In this document: piece after piece, positions 37,817 to 48,221 of the stretch
Position numbering within the stretch: position 1 is the first letter of the stretch
Layout of the letters: the number at the start of each line of letters is the position of its first letter
Origin: an uncultured Verrucomicrobiae bacterium
Lineage (GTDB): Bacteria; Verrucomicrobiota; Verrucomicrobiia; Chthoniobacterales; Chthoniobacteraceae
NCBI GenBank assembly: GCA_963769025.1
Contig: CAVYKI010000009.1
Location: 800,001-864,000 of the forward strand
Reading direction: 5' to 3'
Length of the DNA: 64,000 nucleotides
The notes under the pieces: generated by a model
Databases searched by the model: none
What the model saw: the letters and a program-made list of their open reading frames with translations, nothing else
Told to the model about the DNA's origin: nothing
Position numbers and translations under genes: made by a program

Positions 37817-38773
37817 ATGAAAAAAATCCTTCGCTCCACAGTAATCGCCGCCGCGTCGGTCGCGTCATTTTTCCCGATCCCGATCGGAAAGTCGGAGGCG
37901 GGCAAGCACAAGAAACAGCGCGCATCGTCGGATTCCCGGCGTGCTTCTCATTCGCCCGCGGCCGGCGGTGCAACCGGCACGGGTGGCCTCGATGGTAAGA
38001 TTCCGCCCCCTAAACCGATCGAATCCGCCGTGACCCTCCCGCACGCCATCGCGCCTCCTCCGCCCACGGTCGCCGTCGCGCCCACGCCTACGCCGGCACC
38101 AGTCCGCCCCGCCGTGGTCGCGGATCGTTATCCATGGAAGCGCGACATCGTGACGACGACCTTCTGGATCGGCGAGAAGCCCACGAAGAACAATCCGGTG
38201 CCCAATCACGCAAGTTCGTGGGACACCAAGTGGGCCGACAATTACGGCGGCACCGACACCCCCGACCGCGACGAGCGCAAGGACTTCCGGCCCGCCGCGT
38301 TCGTGCCCGGCCAGAATCCCTTCTACGTCGCACTGCCCTACAACGATATGCAGAAGGGAGGCCGCAAACCCGAGGCGCAAAAGGTCATCCCTTGGTTCAA
38401 CGACGAAGTCCGCGGCCCCTCGGAATCCGCGTGCAAGGGCCGCTGGCTGGCCATCCGCTACAAGGACCGCACCGTTTACGCGCAGTGGGAGGATTGCGGC
38501 CCATTCCGGACCGACCACGCGGGCTATGTCTTCGGCGACGAGCGTCCCAAGAAGAACCTCAACAAGGGCGCGGGCCTCGATGTTTCGCCCGCGGTCCGCG
38601 ACTTTCTGGGCATGGCCGACACCGACGTGACGGACTGGAAGTTTGTGGACTTCGATGAAGTGCCGGAAGGCCCCTGGTCGAAGTACGGCGCGAACAACAC
38701 GTTCGTCCAAGCCCGCCGTCTCGAATCCCTGCGCCTCGCAGCGCTCGAAGCGGGCCGGAGGGCACCCCAGTAG
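37817..38773 (+). CDS. Secreted protein with Pro-rich linker and DPBB/RlpA-like C-terminal domain
   Basis: Signal-like N-terminus; [16 protein letters not shown]...[18 protein letters not shown] resemble double-psi beta-barrel motifs. Confidence 0.65.
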   Translation: MKKILRSTVIAAASVASFFPIPIGKSEAGKHKKQRASSDSRRASHSPAAGGATGTGGLDGKIPPPKPIESAVTLPHAIAPPPPTVAVAPTPTPAPVRPAVVADRYPWKRDIVTTTFWIGEKPTKNNPVPNHASSWDTKWADNYGGTDTPDRDERKDFRPAAFVPGQNPFYVALPYNDMQKGGRKPEAQKVIPWFNDEVRGPSESACKGRWLAIRYKDRTVYAQWEDCGPFRTDHAGYVFGDERPKKNLNKGAGLDVSPAVRDFLGMADTDVTDWKFVDFDEVPEGPWSKYGANNTFVQARRLESLRLAALEAGRRAPQ

Positions 38774-38810
38774 TCTGCCCCATCCGCAGCGGCGGTCCGT
38801 CCGCCCTGCG

Positions 38811-39405
38811 CTAGCGGGCGTCCGGCGGAGGCGGGTGCAACTCCGACCTCCCGGGCACCGGTGCGCGGAAGCCGGCCATCCGTTCGAGGAGCATTTCGCT
38901 GCCAGTTTCCACCAGCAGCGATTCCAGATGCTCCGGTCGCAGGAAGCCTTCGGCGGCGGCGTGGCGGAGAAAGGCGAGGAGATGGTCGTAGAAGCCGTCC
39001 ACATTCAGCAGGCCCGACGGGCTTGTCGTGAAAGCCAAGCTGGAGCCAGGTGAACGTCTCGAAAAGTTCCTCCAGCGTCCCGATGCCGCCGGGCAGCGAG
39101 ATGAACCCGTCACTGAGATCGGCCATGAGCTGTTTGCGATCGTGCATGGAGGTGACGACGTGGAGCTTCGTCACGCCGCCGTGGCCGAGTTCCTTTTCCA
39201 TCAGCGCGGTCGGGATGACGCCGATGACCTCACCGCCCGCGCGCATGGCTGCGTCGGCGATCACACCCATGAGACCGACATGGCCGCCGCCATAGACGAG
39301 CCCGATACCCTGAGAGGCAAGCATCGTCCCGAGTTGCGCGGCAGCCTCGCGATGGCTCGGGTTCGCCCCCTCCGAGGAGCCGCAATAGACGCAGACGCGC
39401 TTCAT
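38811..39405 (-). CDS. LOG family nucleotide phosphoribohydrolase (frameshift near 39015)
   Basis: [32 protein letters not shown]. Confidence 0.92.
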
Positions 39406-40268
39406 TTCGCCCGCGTGTCCTCGGCGAAGCGGAAGGGCGACCGGCCGGTGATGTCCGAACTGAGGAAACTCGGGCACCAGTATTTCTCGACGTGGCCCAC
39501 GACGAGATCCGTGCCGGTGAAGTGATCGACGCCGGGCGGGCGCTCGGGGTTGTACATCGTGTCGGTCATGTCGCGCATGAGGACGACATTTTTCCCGAGA
39601 TAGACCTGCTGCCGGATGGCGAACGGGCGGCCGAGGACGCACATGTTCAGATGCACGCCGCAGAGGATCACGTTTTCGATGCCGCGCTCCTGAAGCAGAT
39701 TCCACGTCTCCTGCCCGTTGTCGGTGAGCGCGTCGCCGGGAAAAAGTTCGAGCGTCGCAATCTGGCGCTTCCACGGCGGGATGATTTCGCACTTTTTGCC
39801 GGTGCAGGAGCAGCCCATGTCGGAGTCGTCGATGGGCAGCGGGCCTTCGTGCTTTCCATCGGTCCAGCACCACGCGGTGCCCCAGCGGTCTGCGGTCGCC
39901 AGCGGGACGGGCGTTTTTGAAAATGGAGCGGACTGCGCGAGTTTGCGCTGCGGCGTGTCCTTGTAGAAATCGGTGACGCTGCTCGGCGCGTGGATGATGA
40001 AGACGCCCTTTTCCCGCGCGATCTTCAGCATTTCGTTCATCGGCCCAGCCATCTCCGTCACGCGGCGCGCGGCGGACTTGCACCAATGGTCGTCCCACAT
40101 GTCGCAGACGATGAGCGCTGTCTTCTTCGGTTCCCATTGGACGACCTTTTCGACACGCGAGAATGAACCATCAGCCTGCCGGGCCTGCGAACGAATGCTG
40201 AGATTCATCGGCTCAGCAGCGGCTAGCGGGGACAGCATGGCGGCAAGGATGAGGAGGGGGCGCAACAT
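39402..40268 (-). CDS. Exported isochorismatase-like cysteine hydrolase
   Basis: Signal peptide, [19 protein letters not shown]. Confidence 0.75.
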   Translation of the reverse strand: MLRPLLILAAMLSPLAAAEPMNLSIRSQARQADGSFSRVEKVVQWEPKKTALIVCDMWDDHWCKSAARRVTEMAGPMNEMLKIAREKGVFIIHAPSSVTDFYKDTPQRKLAQSAPFSKTPVPLATADRWGTAWCWTDGKHEGPLPIDDSDMGCSCTGKKCEIIPPWKRQIATLELFPGDALTDNGQETWNLLQERGIENVILCGVHLNMCVLGRPFAIRQQVYLGKNVVLMRDMTDTMYNPERPPGVDHFTGTDLVVGHVEKYWCPSFLSSDITGRSPFRFAEDTRAK

Positions 40269-40328
40269 GCCAGACGTGATAACCGCGCAGTGCTCCGCGT
40301 CGAGCGCGCAAACCGCACGCGTGCGGCG

Positions 40329-41069
40329 CTATTTCAGCAGCGCGCCGGCCACCTCCGGCGAAGGCAGTCCCCACGCCTTCCATTTTGCGGCGTATTCGTT
40401 CCGCGGCAGCAGGGCAAAATGCGGCTTCGCATCCGCGCGCAGCCAGCGGATGAGCGCGACGAGATCCGGCTCGCCCATCACGGTGCAGCCGACGCTCGGC
40501 CTGTGCGGCGCGCGGCGCAGGTGGAGGAAAATCGCGCTCCCCTGCCCGGCCACCGGCGGGTCGGCGTTGTGCCGCAGCTCGACGAGCCACCGGTATGCGA
40601 AGTCGCCAAGCCGCATCCGCTGCTTCGCAAACCACGGCGGCGGATTCGCCGGGTCCACGAGGACGTGCCGGTTGTACTTCGGATGGGTCGGGTCATCGAT
40701 CCACGCATCGGCGGAGGTGACGGTGTGGAACGGGTAATCGCTCCCCGCCGGCAGCGCGCGATCATACGTGTAAACGGTGCCAATGCGGAAAACCCCGGCA
40801 GGCGCGCGGCCATCCCGTTCCACCTTGCGCAGCCCCGTTTCGTCCTGGCCAAACACTCCGGAGCCCCACGCCAGCCCGCGCTTTCCGTAGAGCACGGGCC
40901 ACGGTTTGCCGACGGCCTTCCACCCGCCGCCCATGCGCTCGAATCGCTGTGCGCTGCCTTCGAATGCGTCCCATGACGGAGCCGTCGCGACGACGAGCTG
41001 GCGGACGCCGTCGAGTTCCGCCGCGCCCACTGCGATGGGAAAAAGGAGCAGCAGCGCGAAGCGGAACAC
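40329..41069 (-). CDS. L,D-transpeptidase (YkuD) family protein (start uncertain)
   Basis: KVERDGRAPAGVF, GSAIFLH...SVGC (HX..C catalytic motif), signal peptide. Confidence 0.85.
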   Translation of the reverse strand: MFRFALLLLFPIAVGAAELDGVRQLVVATAPSWDAFEGSAQRFERMGGGWKAVGKPWPVLYGKRGLAWGSGVFGQDETGLRKVERDGRAPAGVFRIGTVYTYDRALPAGSDYPFHTVTSADAWIDDPTHPKYNRHVLVDPANPPPWFAKQRMRLGDFAYRWLVELRHNADPPVAGQGSAIFLHLRRAPHRPSVGCTVMGEPDLVALIRWLRADAKPHFALLPRNEYAAKWKAWGLPSPEVAGALLK

Positions 41070-41079
41070 CTTGCCAACG

Positions 41080-43050
41080 ATGCCGGATGTTTCCTCGTTG
41101 CGGGCGCGGGCGGCGCTGTCCACTGTCCGGCGAGTGTCTCGACCTCCGCGCCTGCTTTCAGTTTTCGTGCTCATGCTCGGGACGTTCGTCGCGTACTGGC
41201 CGGCAATGCGCAACAGCTTCGTGTGGGACGACACCGCGCTCGTGCTGCGAGACCCGCTCATCCGCTCGTGGCGGCTCACTCCGGATGCATTCCGCGAGTT
41301 CCTGTTCCTCGATGCGACGGCGAGCAATTTCTACCGACCGCTGCAACGGCTCACATTCACGGCGGACTACGCGCTGTGGGGAATCGCACGCCCTTCCGAT
41401 GCGCCGACGGCCGCAAAGACCGGCGCACCCGACACGGGCGACGCCGCGGACGTCGGCGCGATCCAGAGGGCGCCGCAGCCGGGCTGGCATTTCACGAGCG
41501 TGCTCATGCATGCGCTGGCGGCGATCGCGCTGTGGTGGCTGCTCCGCGTGTGGTTCGGCGCAGGCGGCGGATGGTGGGCGCTCGCAGGCGCGCTCGTGTG
41601 GACGCTGCATCCGCTGCACACGAGCGCAGTGACCTACGTGAGCGGTCGCGCCGATTCCCTTGCGGCGATTTTCACTTTCTCCGGCCTCGCGCTCATCGCA
41701 AAGGCGCACGCCCGCGGCGCGCTGGTGCCGGGCGATCGTGCTGCGGCCCGCGGGATCATTATTGCCGCCGTTTGCGCGCTCGCCGCGCTGCTCTCGAAGG
41801 AAAGCGGTGTGGCACTCCTCATCCTCTGGCTGGTGTGGGTGCTCGCGCGCGCGCGACGCGACCCGCGCGGTTGGCTGGCATGGATCGTAGCCGCGGTGAT
41901 TGCGTGCGGGGCTTACGGTGCGCTGCGCATCACCGCCGGACGCACCCCGCCACCCGTACCGGGCGAGGCGGCACCGTGGCAGGCGCGTCCGATCCTCGTC
42001 GCGCGTGCATTGGCGGAGTATGCGACCCTTTTCATCGCACCGCACTCGCTGCACATGGAGCGCGATGTCTCCACGAACGCGGTCGGCAACCCGGCAGAGA
42101 ATCTCCGGAATGGACGCATCCGCGAGGCGCAGACGCTCGCCGGGCTCGGCATCGCCGCGTTCCTCGTCTGGTGGTGGCGGCGCGCGCGCAGATTCGCACC
42201 GGATGCCGCCCTCGCGCTCACGTGCGCGGCAGTGACCTGGCTGCCAGTAAGCAATGTCTTCCGCCTGAATGCCACCGTCGCCGAGCACTGGCTCTACGTG
42301 CCAAGCGCGTTTTTGCTCGCGGCAATCCTCCTGAGCGTGCGCGCCCTCGCACCGGAGCGCCCGCGCCTTTTCACTGCGATCGGGGCGGCGGCGGCGCTGT
42401 GGGTCGCGTTTCTGGCGGTGCAGACGTGGCGGCAGCAGGCTTACTGGCGCGACCAGCGCACCTTCGTCGAAGAGACGATCGCACGCGCGGGCCGCGGCGC
42501 GCGGATGGTGAGCAATCTCGGGCAGCTCAAGGCCCAGGAGGGCAAACCCACCGAGGCGCTCGCGCTGTTTCGCGAGGCGCTCGGCAAGGAACCGCAGCTC
42601 GCTCTCGCGCACTTCAACATCGCGACCGTGGCATTCCGGCAAAAAGACTACGCCACCGCGCTCGTGGAGCTGTCTCTTGCGGAAAATTCGCCGCTGCTGG
42701 GCTCAGAGACGATGCTCTTGCGCGCGGCCATCGAGCACGCGCAGACGGGAAAACCCCGACTCGATCTGCTCGCCCACGCAGCCAGCAACTCCGGCCGCAA
42801 CTGGGCCATGGCGCGGCAATATCCGCTCGCGCTCCTCGCCCTCGGCAAGCCCGACAAGGCCTACGACGACGTGCTGCGCCAGCTCACCGGGCATCCGTTC
42901 CGCGCGGAGTCGTGGCGTTTCCTCGGGCAGATCGCCGAGCAGCTCCGCCAGCCCGGCGTCGCCGCCAAGGCCTACGCCGAGGCTGCAAACCGCGATGCGC
43001 GCGACGAAGTCAGCCGCGAGCGCCTCCACGCGCTGCGCGATTCGCTGTAG
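41080..43050 (+). CDS. TMTC-like membrane glycosyltransferase (GT-C) with C-terminal TPRs
   Basis: FVWDD, FYRPL, LHPLHTSAV.YVSGRAD, LLSKE, AEHWLYVPS, then TPR helices. Confidence 0.82.
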   Translation: MPDVSSLRARAALSTVRRVSRPPRLLSVFVLMLGTFVAYWPAMRNSFVWDDTALVLRDPLIRSWRLTPDAFREFLFLDATASNFYRPLQRLTFTADYALWGIARPSDAPTAAKTGAPDTGDAADVGAIQRAPQPGWHFTSVLMHALAAIALWWLLRVWFGAGGGWWALAGALVWTLHPLHTSAVTYVSGRADSLAAIFTFSGLALIAKAHARGALVPGDRAAARGIIIAAVCALAALLSKESGVALLILWLVWVLARARRDPRGWLAWIVAAVIACGAYGALRITAGRTPPPVPGEAAPWQARPILVARALAEYATLFIAPHSLHMERDVSTNAVGNPAENLRNGRIREAQTLAGLGIAAFLVWWWRRARRFAPDAALALTCAAVTWLPVSNVFRLNATVAEHWLYVPSAFLLAAILLSVRALAPERPRLFTAIGAAAALWVAFLAVQTWRQQAYWRDQRTFVEETIARAGRGARMVSNLGQLKAQEGKPTEALALFREALGKEPQLALAHFNIATVAFRQKDYATALVELSLAENSPLLGSETMLLRAAIEHAQTGKPRLDLLAHAASNSGRNWAMARQYPLALLALGKPDKAYDDVLRQLTGHPFRAESWRFLGQIAEQLRQPGVAAKAYAEAANRDARDEVSRERLHALRDSL

Positions 43051-43111
43051 AAAATCACCGGCGCCGGGAAACCGTTCGACTTCGCAAAACGTAGGAACTA
43101 CGCCACACCAA

Positions 43112-43924
43112 ATGCTCACGAAGCCAGACAGCGCACTCATCATCGCCGGCCACGGCTCCACGCTGAATCCCGATTCTAGCGCGCCGACGTGGGAACTCGC
43201 GGAGGAAATCCGCCGGCGCGGCGTGTTTGGCGAGGTGCACTGCGCGTTTTGGAAAGAGGAGCCGAGCTTCCGACAGATCCTCCATTGCGTGGACTGCGAG
43301 GATGTTTACGTGGTCCCGAATTTCATCAGCGAGGGCTACTTTACCAAGACGGTGATCCCGCGTGAACTCGGCCTCGGTGAACCGCTCACGCGCATCGGCC
43401 GGCACACGGTGAAATACTGCGAGCCCGTGGGAAATCACGCGCGCATGACCGAGCTGCTGCTCAAGCGCGCAGCCGCAATCGCCCCGGGCGTGCCACCGGA
43501 AACGACGAGCCTTTTCATCGTGGGCCACGGCACCGATCTGAACGAGAATTCCGCAGTCGCCGCGAAGCGCGAAGTGGATCGCATCGCAGCGCTGGGCCGG
43601 TATCGCGAAGTGCTGAGCGCCTACATGGAGGAGGCGCCGCTCATCGCGGAATGGGACAAGCTATCCACGAGCCCGAACGTCGTCGTGGTGCCGTTCTTCA
43701 TCGCGGACGGGCTGCACAGCTACGAGGACATCCCGGTGCTGCTGGGCATCGCCACGGAATCACCCGGCGCCGCGAGCGCGGACCGCGCGGCGGTCTTTGC
43801 GAACAATCCGTACCGCCTGCGCGGCCGGACGCTTTACTACGCGAGTTCCATCGGCACCGAAGCGGGTTTTGCGGAGGTGATTCTTGACCAGGTGGCCGCT
43901 TTCGACGCAAGCCATCGCGCGTGA
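43112..43924 (+). CDS. CbiX/SirB-like class II chelatase-domain protein
   Basis: GHGS, FWKEEP, VVPNFISEGYF, GHGT, VVPFFIADGLH (two CbiX repeats). Confidence 0.85.
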   Translation: MLTKPDSALIIAGHGSTLNPDSSAPTWELAEEIRRRGVFGEVHCAFWKEEPSFRQILHCVDCEDVYVVPNFISEGYFTKTVIPRELGLGEPLTRIGRHTVKYCEPVGNHARMTELLLKRAAAIAPGVPPETTSLFIVGHGTDLNENSAVAAKREVDRIAALGRYREVLSAYMEEAPLIAEWDKLSTSPNVVVVPFFIADGLHSYEDIPVLLGIATESPGAASADRAAVFANNPYRLRGRTLYYASSIGTEAGFAEVILDQVAAFDASHRA

Positions 43925-44559
43925 TTCGCGACACGACACAGGAACTCGAACGCTGGCTGAAGGCCGGCGGAACGCGCGCCGGGCAGCTCTCCATTTCGCC
44001 CACGGGTGAAGGGTGGGAGCTGCGGCATTGGGAAGATGGCGGGCGGAACGACCTCGATGATTTTTCCGCGCCGGAGGACGCGCGCGCCCTCGCGAACCGC
44101 GATGACTCCGGCGCCTATCGCGCGCTGAAGACCGCGCCGAACTTGCGCCACGGCTGGCGGCTCGCGCTGCCGGACGCGCATTCGGTGCGGCTCGCGCTCG
44201 ATTATTTCTACCCCGCGATGCTCGGGGTCTGGCTCGCGCACCGGCGCGGGGAAGTGACGCCGGTCGAACTGCGGGAAACGCTCGGGCGCCAGACGGGAAT
44301 GTATCGCATCACCCAAAAGCTCACCGACGAGCAGGCACAGCGGCTGGTCGCAAAGCAATGCCGGAGCAACGGCGGCTGCCTGAAGACGATCCTCTGGCGC
44401 GTCAGCGCAGGGATCTCCATCCCGCTCCTGCCGCCGGAGAAATTCCGCGCGGACGCGACGCCGACAAACGCCCTTCCCCTCCTCTGCCAGGAAGCGTGCA
44501 ACATCCTCGTGGCGGCCGCGCGGAAGATGGTGAAGGACGAGGCTCCGCCAACGTCATGA
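43921..44559 (+). CDS. DR2241-family protein with putative 4Fe-4S domain
   Basis: GAYRALKTAPNL..GW, FYPA, RQTGMY, CRSNGGCLK..LW, CQEAC. Confidence 0.8.
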   Translation: MIRDTTQELERWLKAGGTRAGQLSISPTGEGWELRHWEDGGRNDLDDFSAPEDARALANRDDSGAYRALKTAPNLRHGWRLALPDAHSVRLALDYFYPAMLGVWLAHRRGEVTPVELRETLGRQTGMYRITQKLTDEQAQRLVAKQCRSNGGCLKTILWRVSAGISIPLLPPEKFRADATPTNALPLLCQEACNILVAAARKMVKDEAPPTS

Positions 44560-45779
44560 TCCTCCGCGCGCGCACGGTTGTTCCGGTTTCGCATGCGCCG
44601 ATCGATGACGGCGCGGTCGTCATCTCCGGCAATACCATTACCGCCGTCGGACGTTTTGCCGATATCCGCGCGGCGCACCCCGGCGAAGTGACCGATCTCG
44701 GCGAGCAGGTGCTGTTGCCGGGGCTGGTGAATGCGCACTGCCACCTCGACTACACGATGATGCGCCGCGCGATCCAGCCGCAGCGCAGTTTCACGAGTTG
44801 GATCGGCCGCATCAATTCGCTGAAGCGCTGCCTGGGCCCCAGTGACTACCGGCTCGCGGTCGAGCGCGGCTTTGCCGAACTCCGCCGCTGGGGCACGACC
44901 AGCGTCGCGAACATCGAATCCTTTCCGGAGTTGCTCACGAATCCGCCCACGAGCCCGGTGCGGACGTGGTGGTTTCTCGAGATGATCGATGTCCGCCATC
45001 AGGTGCCGAGCGACGAGGTTTCGAGCGGGATGCTCGCATTTTTCGAGTCGCGGGACAAACTGCGGGGCGGCTTTGGCCTCAGCCCTCACGCGCCCTACAC
45101 GGCCTCCGGTCCGCTCTACGAAACGGTCAGCGAAGCCGCGGCGAGCCTCGACATGCCGGTGATGACCCACGTCGCCGAATCGCGCGAGGAATGGGAGATG
45201 TTCCGCCATGCGCGCGGCGAACTTTACGACTTCATGCTGGGCCTCGGCCGCTGGATGGAGGACTGCCACCAGGACCGCACGCCGCTCCGTCATGTGTTCA
45301 ATTTCACGGGCTTCGGAGCGCGATGGATCCTCGCGCACATGAACGAACTCGACGACTCGGACTTCACGCTGCTTGCGAGCATTCCGCGCGCGGACCGCCC
45401 GAGCATCGTCCACTGCCCGGGAAGCCACCGCTACTTCCGCCACGCACCGTTCGCGCTGGCGAAGCTGCTCGAACTGCGCATGAACATCTGCCTCGGCACG
45501 GACAGCCTCGCGAGCACGTACTCGCTCTCCATGTTCGACGAAATGCGCATCCTCGCCGACCGCGAACCGTGGCTGCATCCGGCCGATCTCGTCGCCATGG
45601 CCACGCTGAACGGCGCGCGCGCGCTGAACCTTAATGCGGGCAAAATCGAGCCGGGCGCACTCGGGGACTTGATTGCCATTCCATCCAATGCCAGCCTGCG
45701 CAACGTCCACGCCGCAGTGATTGCCAACCGCGAGCCTGTCGCTTGGATGATGATCGATGGCCAAGTCCTTACTCAATAA
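44556..45779 (+). CDS. Metal-dependent amidohydrolase (nucleoside / aminofutalosine deaminase-like)
   Basis: PGLVNAHCHLD, SPHAPYT, THVAES, HCP.S, LGTDS. Confidence 0.85.
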   Translation: MILRARTVVPVSHAPIDDGAVVISGNTITAVGRFADIRAAHPGEVTDLGEQVLLPGLVNAHCHLDYTMMRRAIQPQRSFTSWIGRINSLKRCLGPSDYRLAVERGFAELRRWGTTSVANIESFPELLTNPPTSPVRTWWFLEMIDVRHQVPSDEVSSGMLAFFESRDKLRGGFGLSPHAPYTASGPLYETVSEAAASLDMPVMTHVAESREEWEMFRHARGELYDFMLGLGRWMEDCHQDRTPLRHVFNFTGFGARWILAHMNELDDSDFTLLASIPRADRPSIVHCPGSHRYFRHAPFALAKLLELRMNICLGTDSLASTYSLSMFDEMRILADREPWLHPADLVAMATLNGARALNLNAGKIEPGALGDLIAIPSNASLRNVHAAVIANREPVAWMMIDGQVLTQ

Positions 45780-46776
45780 CGCGCTCGTGCTCCTGTGCTC
45801 CGTGCTTCTGCTCGGAGGAGCGGCCGACGGTGCGACCAAGAAGTCCACACCTTCCAAGCGTCCGGCCGCCAAATCTTCGAAGCCTGCCAAGCCTGCCAAG
45901 CCTGCCAAGACGGTCAAGACGCCCACCCCCGCGAAGAAGCCCGCCCCGACTCCGACGCCCCCGCCCCTCGCACCAGGCGAACTGCCACTCGCCGCGAAAT
46001 CGGCAATCCTACTCGACACGAAAAGCGGCGACGTCCTTTACGAGAAAAATGCGGACGCGATCCAATACCCGGCGAGCGCGACGAAGATCCTCACCGCGCT
46101 CCTCGTCATCGAGGAGGGCGACCTTGACCGGCGCGTCACCATCCAGATCGAGGACACGAAGGTCGAACCGAGCGCGCTCTATTTCAAACCCGGCGAGCAA
46201 TACCCGCGCAGGCACCTGCTGTTCGTCCTGCTGCTGAAAAGCGCGAACGACGTCGCGATCGCCCTCGCGCGCGACAATGCGGGGAGCGTCGCTGCGTTCG
46301 CGGAGAAGATGAATCGGCGCGCGGAAGCGCTCGGCGCGATGAACACCCATTTTACGAATCCGCACGGGCTCCCCGATCCGCACCACTTCACGACGGCTCG
46401 CGACCTGGGACTCATCGCGCGCCGAGCGATGCAGCATCCGCTTTTCCGCGAAATCGTCGCGACGCCGGAAATCGCAATCGAGCGCGGGGGCGAATGGCTG
46501 ATCTTTAAAAATCACAACAGGCTCCTCACAATGGTTCCGGGCTGCATCGGCGTGAAGACCGGATACACGCGCGCCGCGCAGCAGGTGCTGGTCAGCTCCG
46601 CGCTTCGCGCCGGGCGCGAGGCGATTTCCGTGGTGCTGCATTCCGACAAGCCGGGCATCTGGAACGACTCGAAGACACTTCTTGAGCATGCTTTCGAGAA
46701 ATTCGCGGCACCCCCTGCCCCCGCAGCGACCGCGACGTCGGAAGCCGCTCCCCCGGAAGCTACGGCCGGAAAATAG
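45757..46776 (+). CDS. D-alanyl-D-alanine carboxypeptidase (peptidase S11)
   Basis: PASATK (SxxK), SAND (SxN), NPHGL, KTGYT. Lys/Pro-rich linker after the signal peptide. Confidence 0.92.
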   Translation: MAKSLLNNALVLLCSVLLLGGAADGATKKSTPSKRPAAKSSKPAKPAKPAKTVKTPTPAKKPAPTPTPPPLAPGELPLAAKSAILLDTKSGDVLYEKNADAIQYPASATKILTALLVIEEGDLDRRVTIQIEDTKVEPSALYFKPGEQYPRRHLLFVLLLKSANDVAIALARDNAGSVAAFAEKMNRRAEALGAMNTHFTNPHGLPDPHHFTTARDLGLIARRAMQHPLFREIVATPEIAIERGGEWLIFKNHNRLLTMVPGCIGVKTGYTRAAQQVLVSSALRAGREAISVVLHSDKPGIWNDSKTLLEHAFEKFAAPPAPAATATSEAAPPEATAGK

Positions 46777-46887
46777 GCGCGCTGCGAGACAGCGAGGCGA
46801 AAGGGAGGCCGGGCCGTAATTTCCGCCCCAGCCATGCATCGCTTTGCTTGCGCGCGATCGACCCCGCTCGCTAGCCTCGGCGTCCTC

Positions 46888-48138
46888 ATGTTGACCCTCG
46901 AAAAATTCTCCATCGGCGTCGGTGACCGTTTCGCACATCAGGCAAAGGCGCAGCTCCGCGCCTGCGAACTCGCTGCCGCGCAGGGTGCGGACATCGTGCC
47001 GGTCTGGAACAAGTCCAACCGCGAACACACCTTCGTCGGTTCGGAGCCGAAGAGCGTGTTCGACGCCGCGAAGGCCGCCGTCGCCGCGCTCGGCTGGAAG
47101 AAGGGCTGGCACGTGGACGCCGACCACATCCGCATCGAGACCGTGGATCGCTTTGTCCCGCACTCGGATTTCTTCACGCTCGACGTCGCGGACTCCATCG
47201 GCAAACCCGCGGCTCCCGCGGACGTCGCGGCGTTCCTCGCGCGCCACCCGGAGCTGGTCGGCACGATTTCGATTCCCGGCATCGCGACGCCATTCGAGAC
47301 CACAACGGCTGAAATCGAGCGCATCGTCTCCAAGTATCTCCTCGCCGTGCAGGATGCCGGAAAAATCTACCGCCACATCGCGGCGGCCAAGGGCGCGGAC
47401 AATTTCATCGCCGAAGTCTCAATGGACGAGACCGACGCGCCTCAGACCCCGCCGGAGCTGCTCGTGATCCTCGCCGCGATTGCCGATGAGAAAATCCCGG
47501 CGCAGACCATCGCGCCAAAATTCACCGGCCGCTTCAACAAGGGCGTGGACTACGTCGGCGACCTCGCGCAGTTCGAAAAGGAATTCCACGATGACCTGGC
47601 CGTGATCGCCTACGCCGTCGCACGCTACGGCCTGCCCGCGAATCTCAAGCTCAGCGTCCACAGCGGCAGCGACAAGTTTTCGCTCTACCCGATCATCCGC
47701 CGCACGCTGCCGAAGTTCGGCGCCGGCCTGCACATCAAGACCGCGGGAACGACGTGGCTCGAGGAAGTCATCGGCCTCGCCGAGGCCGGCGGCGACGGGC
47801 TTGCACTCGCAAAGGAAATGTATGCCTACGCGCTCGCGCACGTGGACGAACTGTGCGCGCCGTATGCGAGCGTGATCGACATCGACAAGGCGAAGCTGCC
47901 GCCCGCCGAGACCGTGAACGGCTGGACCGGCACGCAACTCGCGAACGCCATCCGCCACATCCCGGGCCACCCGGGCTTCAACGCCAACATCCGCCAGCTC
48001 CTGCACGTCTCGTTCAAACTCGCGGCCAAGGCCGGCACGCGCTACACGGACCTGCTGAAGAGCAACGAGGCCATCGTGGCGAAGAATGTCACCGAGAACC
48101 TCTACGACCGGCACCTCAAGCCGCTGTTCGTCGGCTGA
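46888..48138 (+). CDS. uxaE: Tagaturonate/fructuronate epimerase
   Basis: SIGVGDRF, VDADH, EVSMDE, APKF.G.F.KGVDY.GD, KLSVHSGSDKF, HIKTAGT.WLE. Confidence 0.88.
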   Translation: MLTLEKFSIGVGDRFAHQAKAQLRACELAAAQGADIVPVWNKSNREHTFVGSEPKSVFDAAKAAVAALGWKKGWHVDADHIRIETVDRFVPHSDFFTLDVADSIGKPAAPADVAAFLARHPELVGTISIPGIATPFETTTAEIERIVSKYLLAVQDAGKIYRHIAAAKGADNFIAEVSMDETDAPQTPPELLVILAAIADEKIPAQTIAPKFTGRFNKGVDYVGDLAQFEKEFHDDLAVIAYAVARYGLPANLKLSVHSGSDKFSLYPIIRRTLPKFGAGLHIKTAGTTWLEEVIGLAEAGGDGLALAKEMYAYALAHVDELCAPYASVIDIDKAKLPPAETVNGWTGTQLANAIRHIPGHPGFNANIRQLLHVSFKLAAKAGTRYTDLLKSNEAIVAKNVTENLYDRHLKPLFVG

Positions 48139-48221
48139 TCCCGCCGCGACGATTTTCTCCCTACGACCGCGCACCGAGCGCAGTCATCTAGGTCTCCGCC
48201 TCCTCCCATCTTACCGATTCC

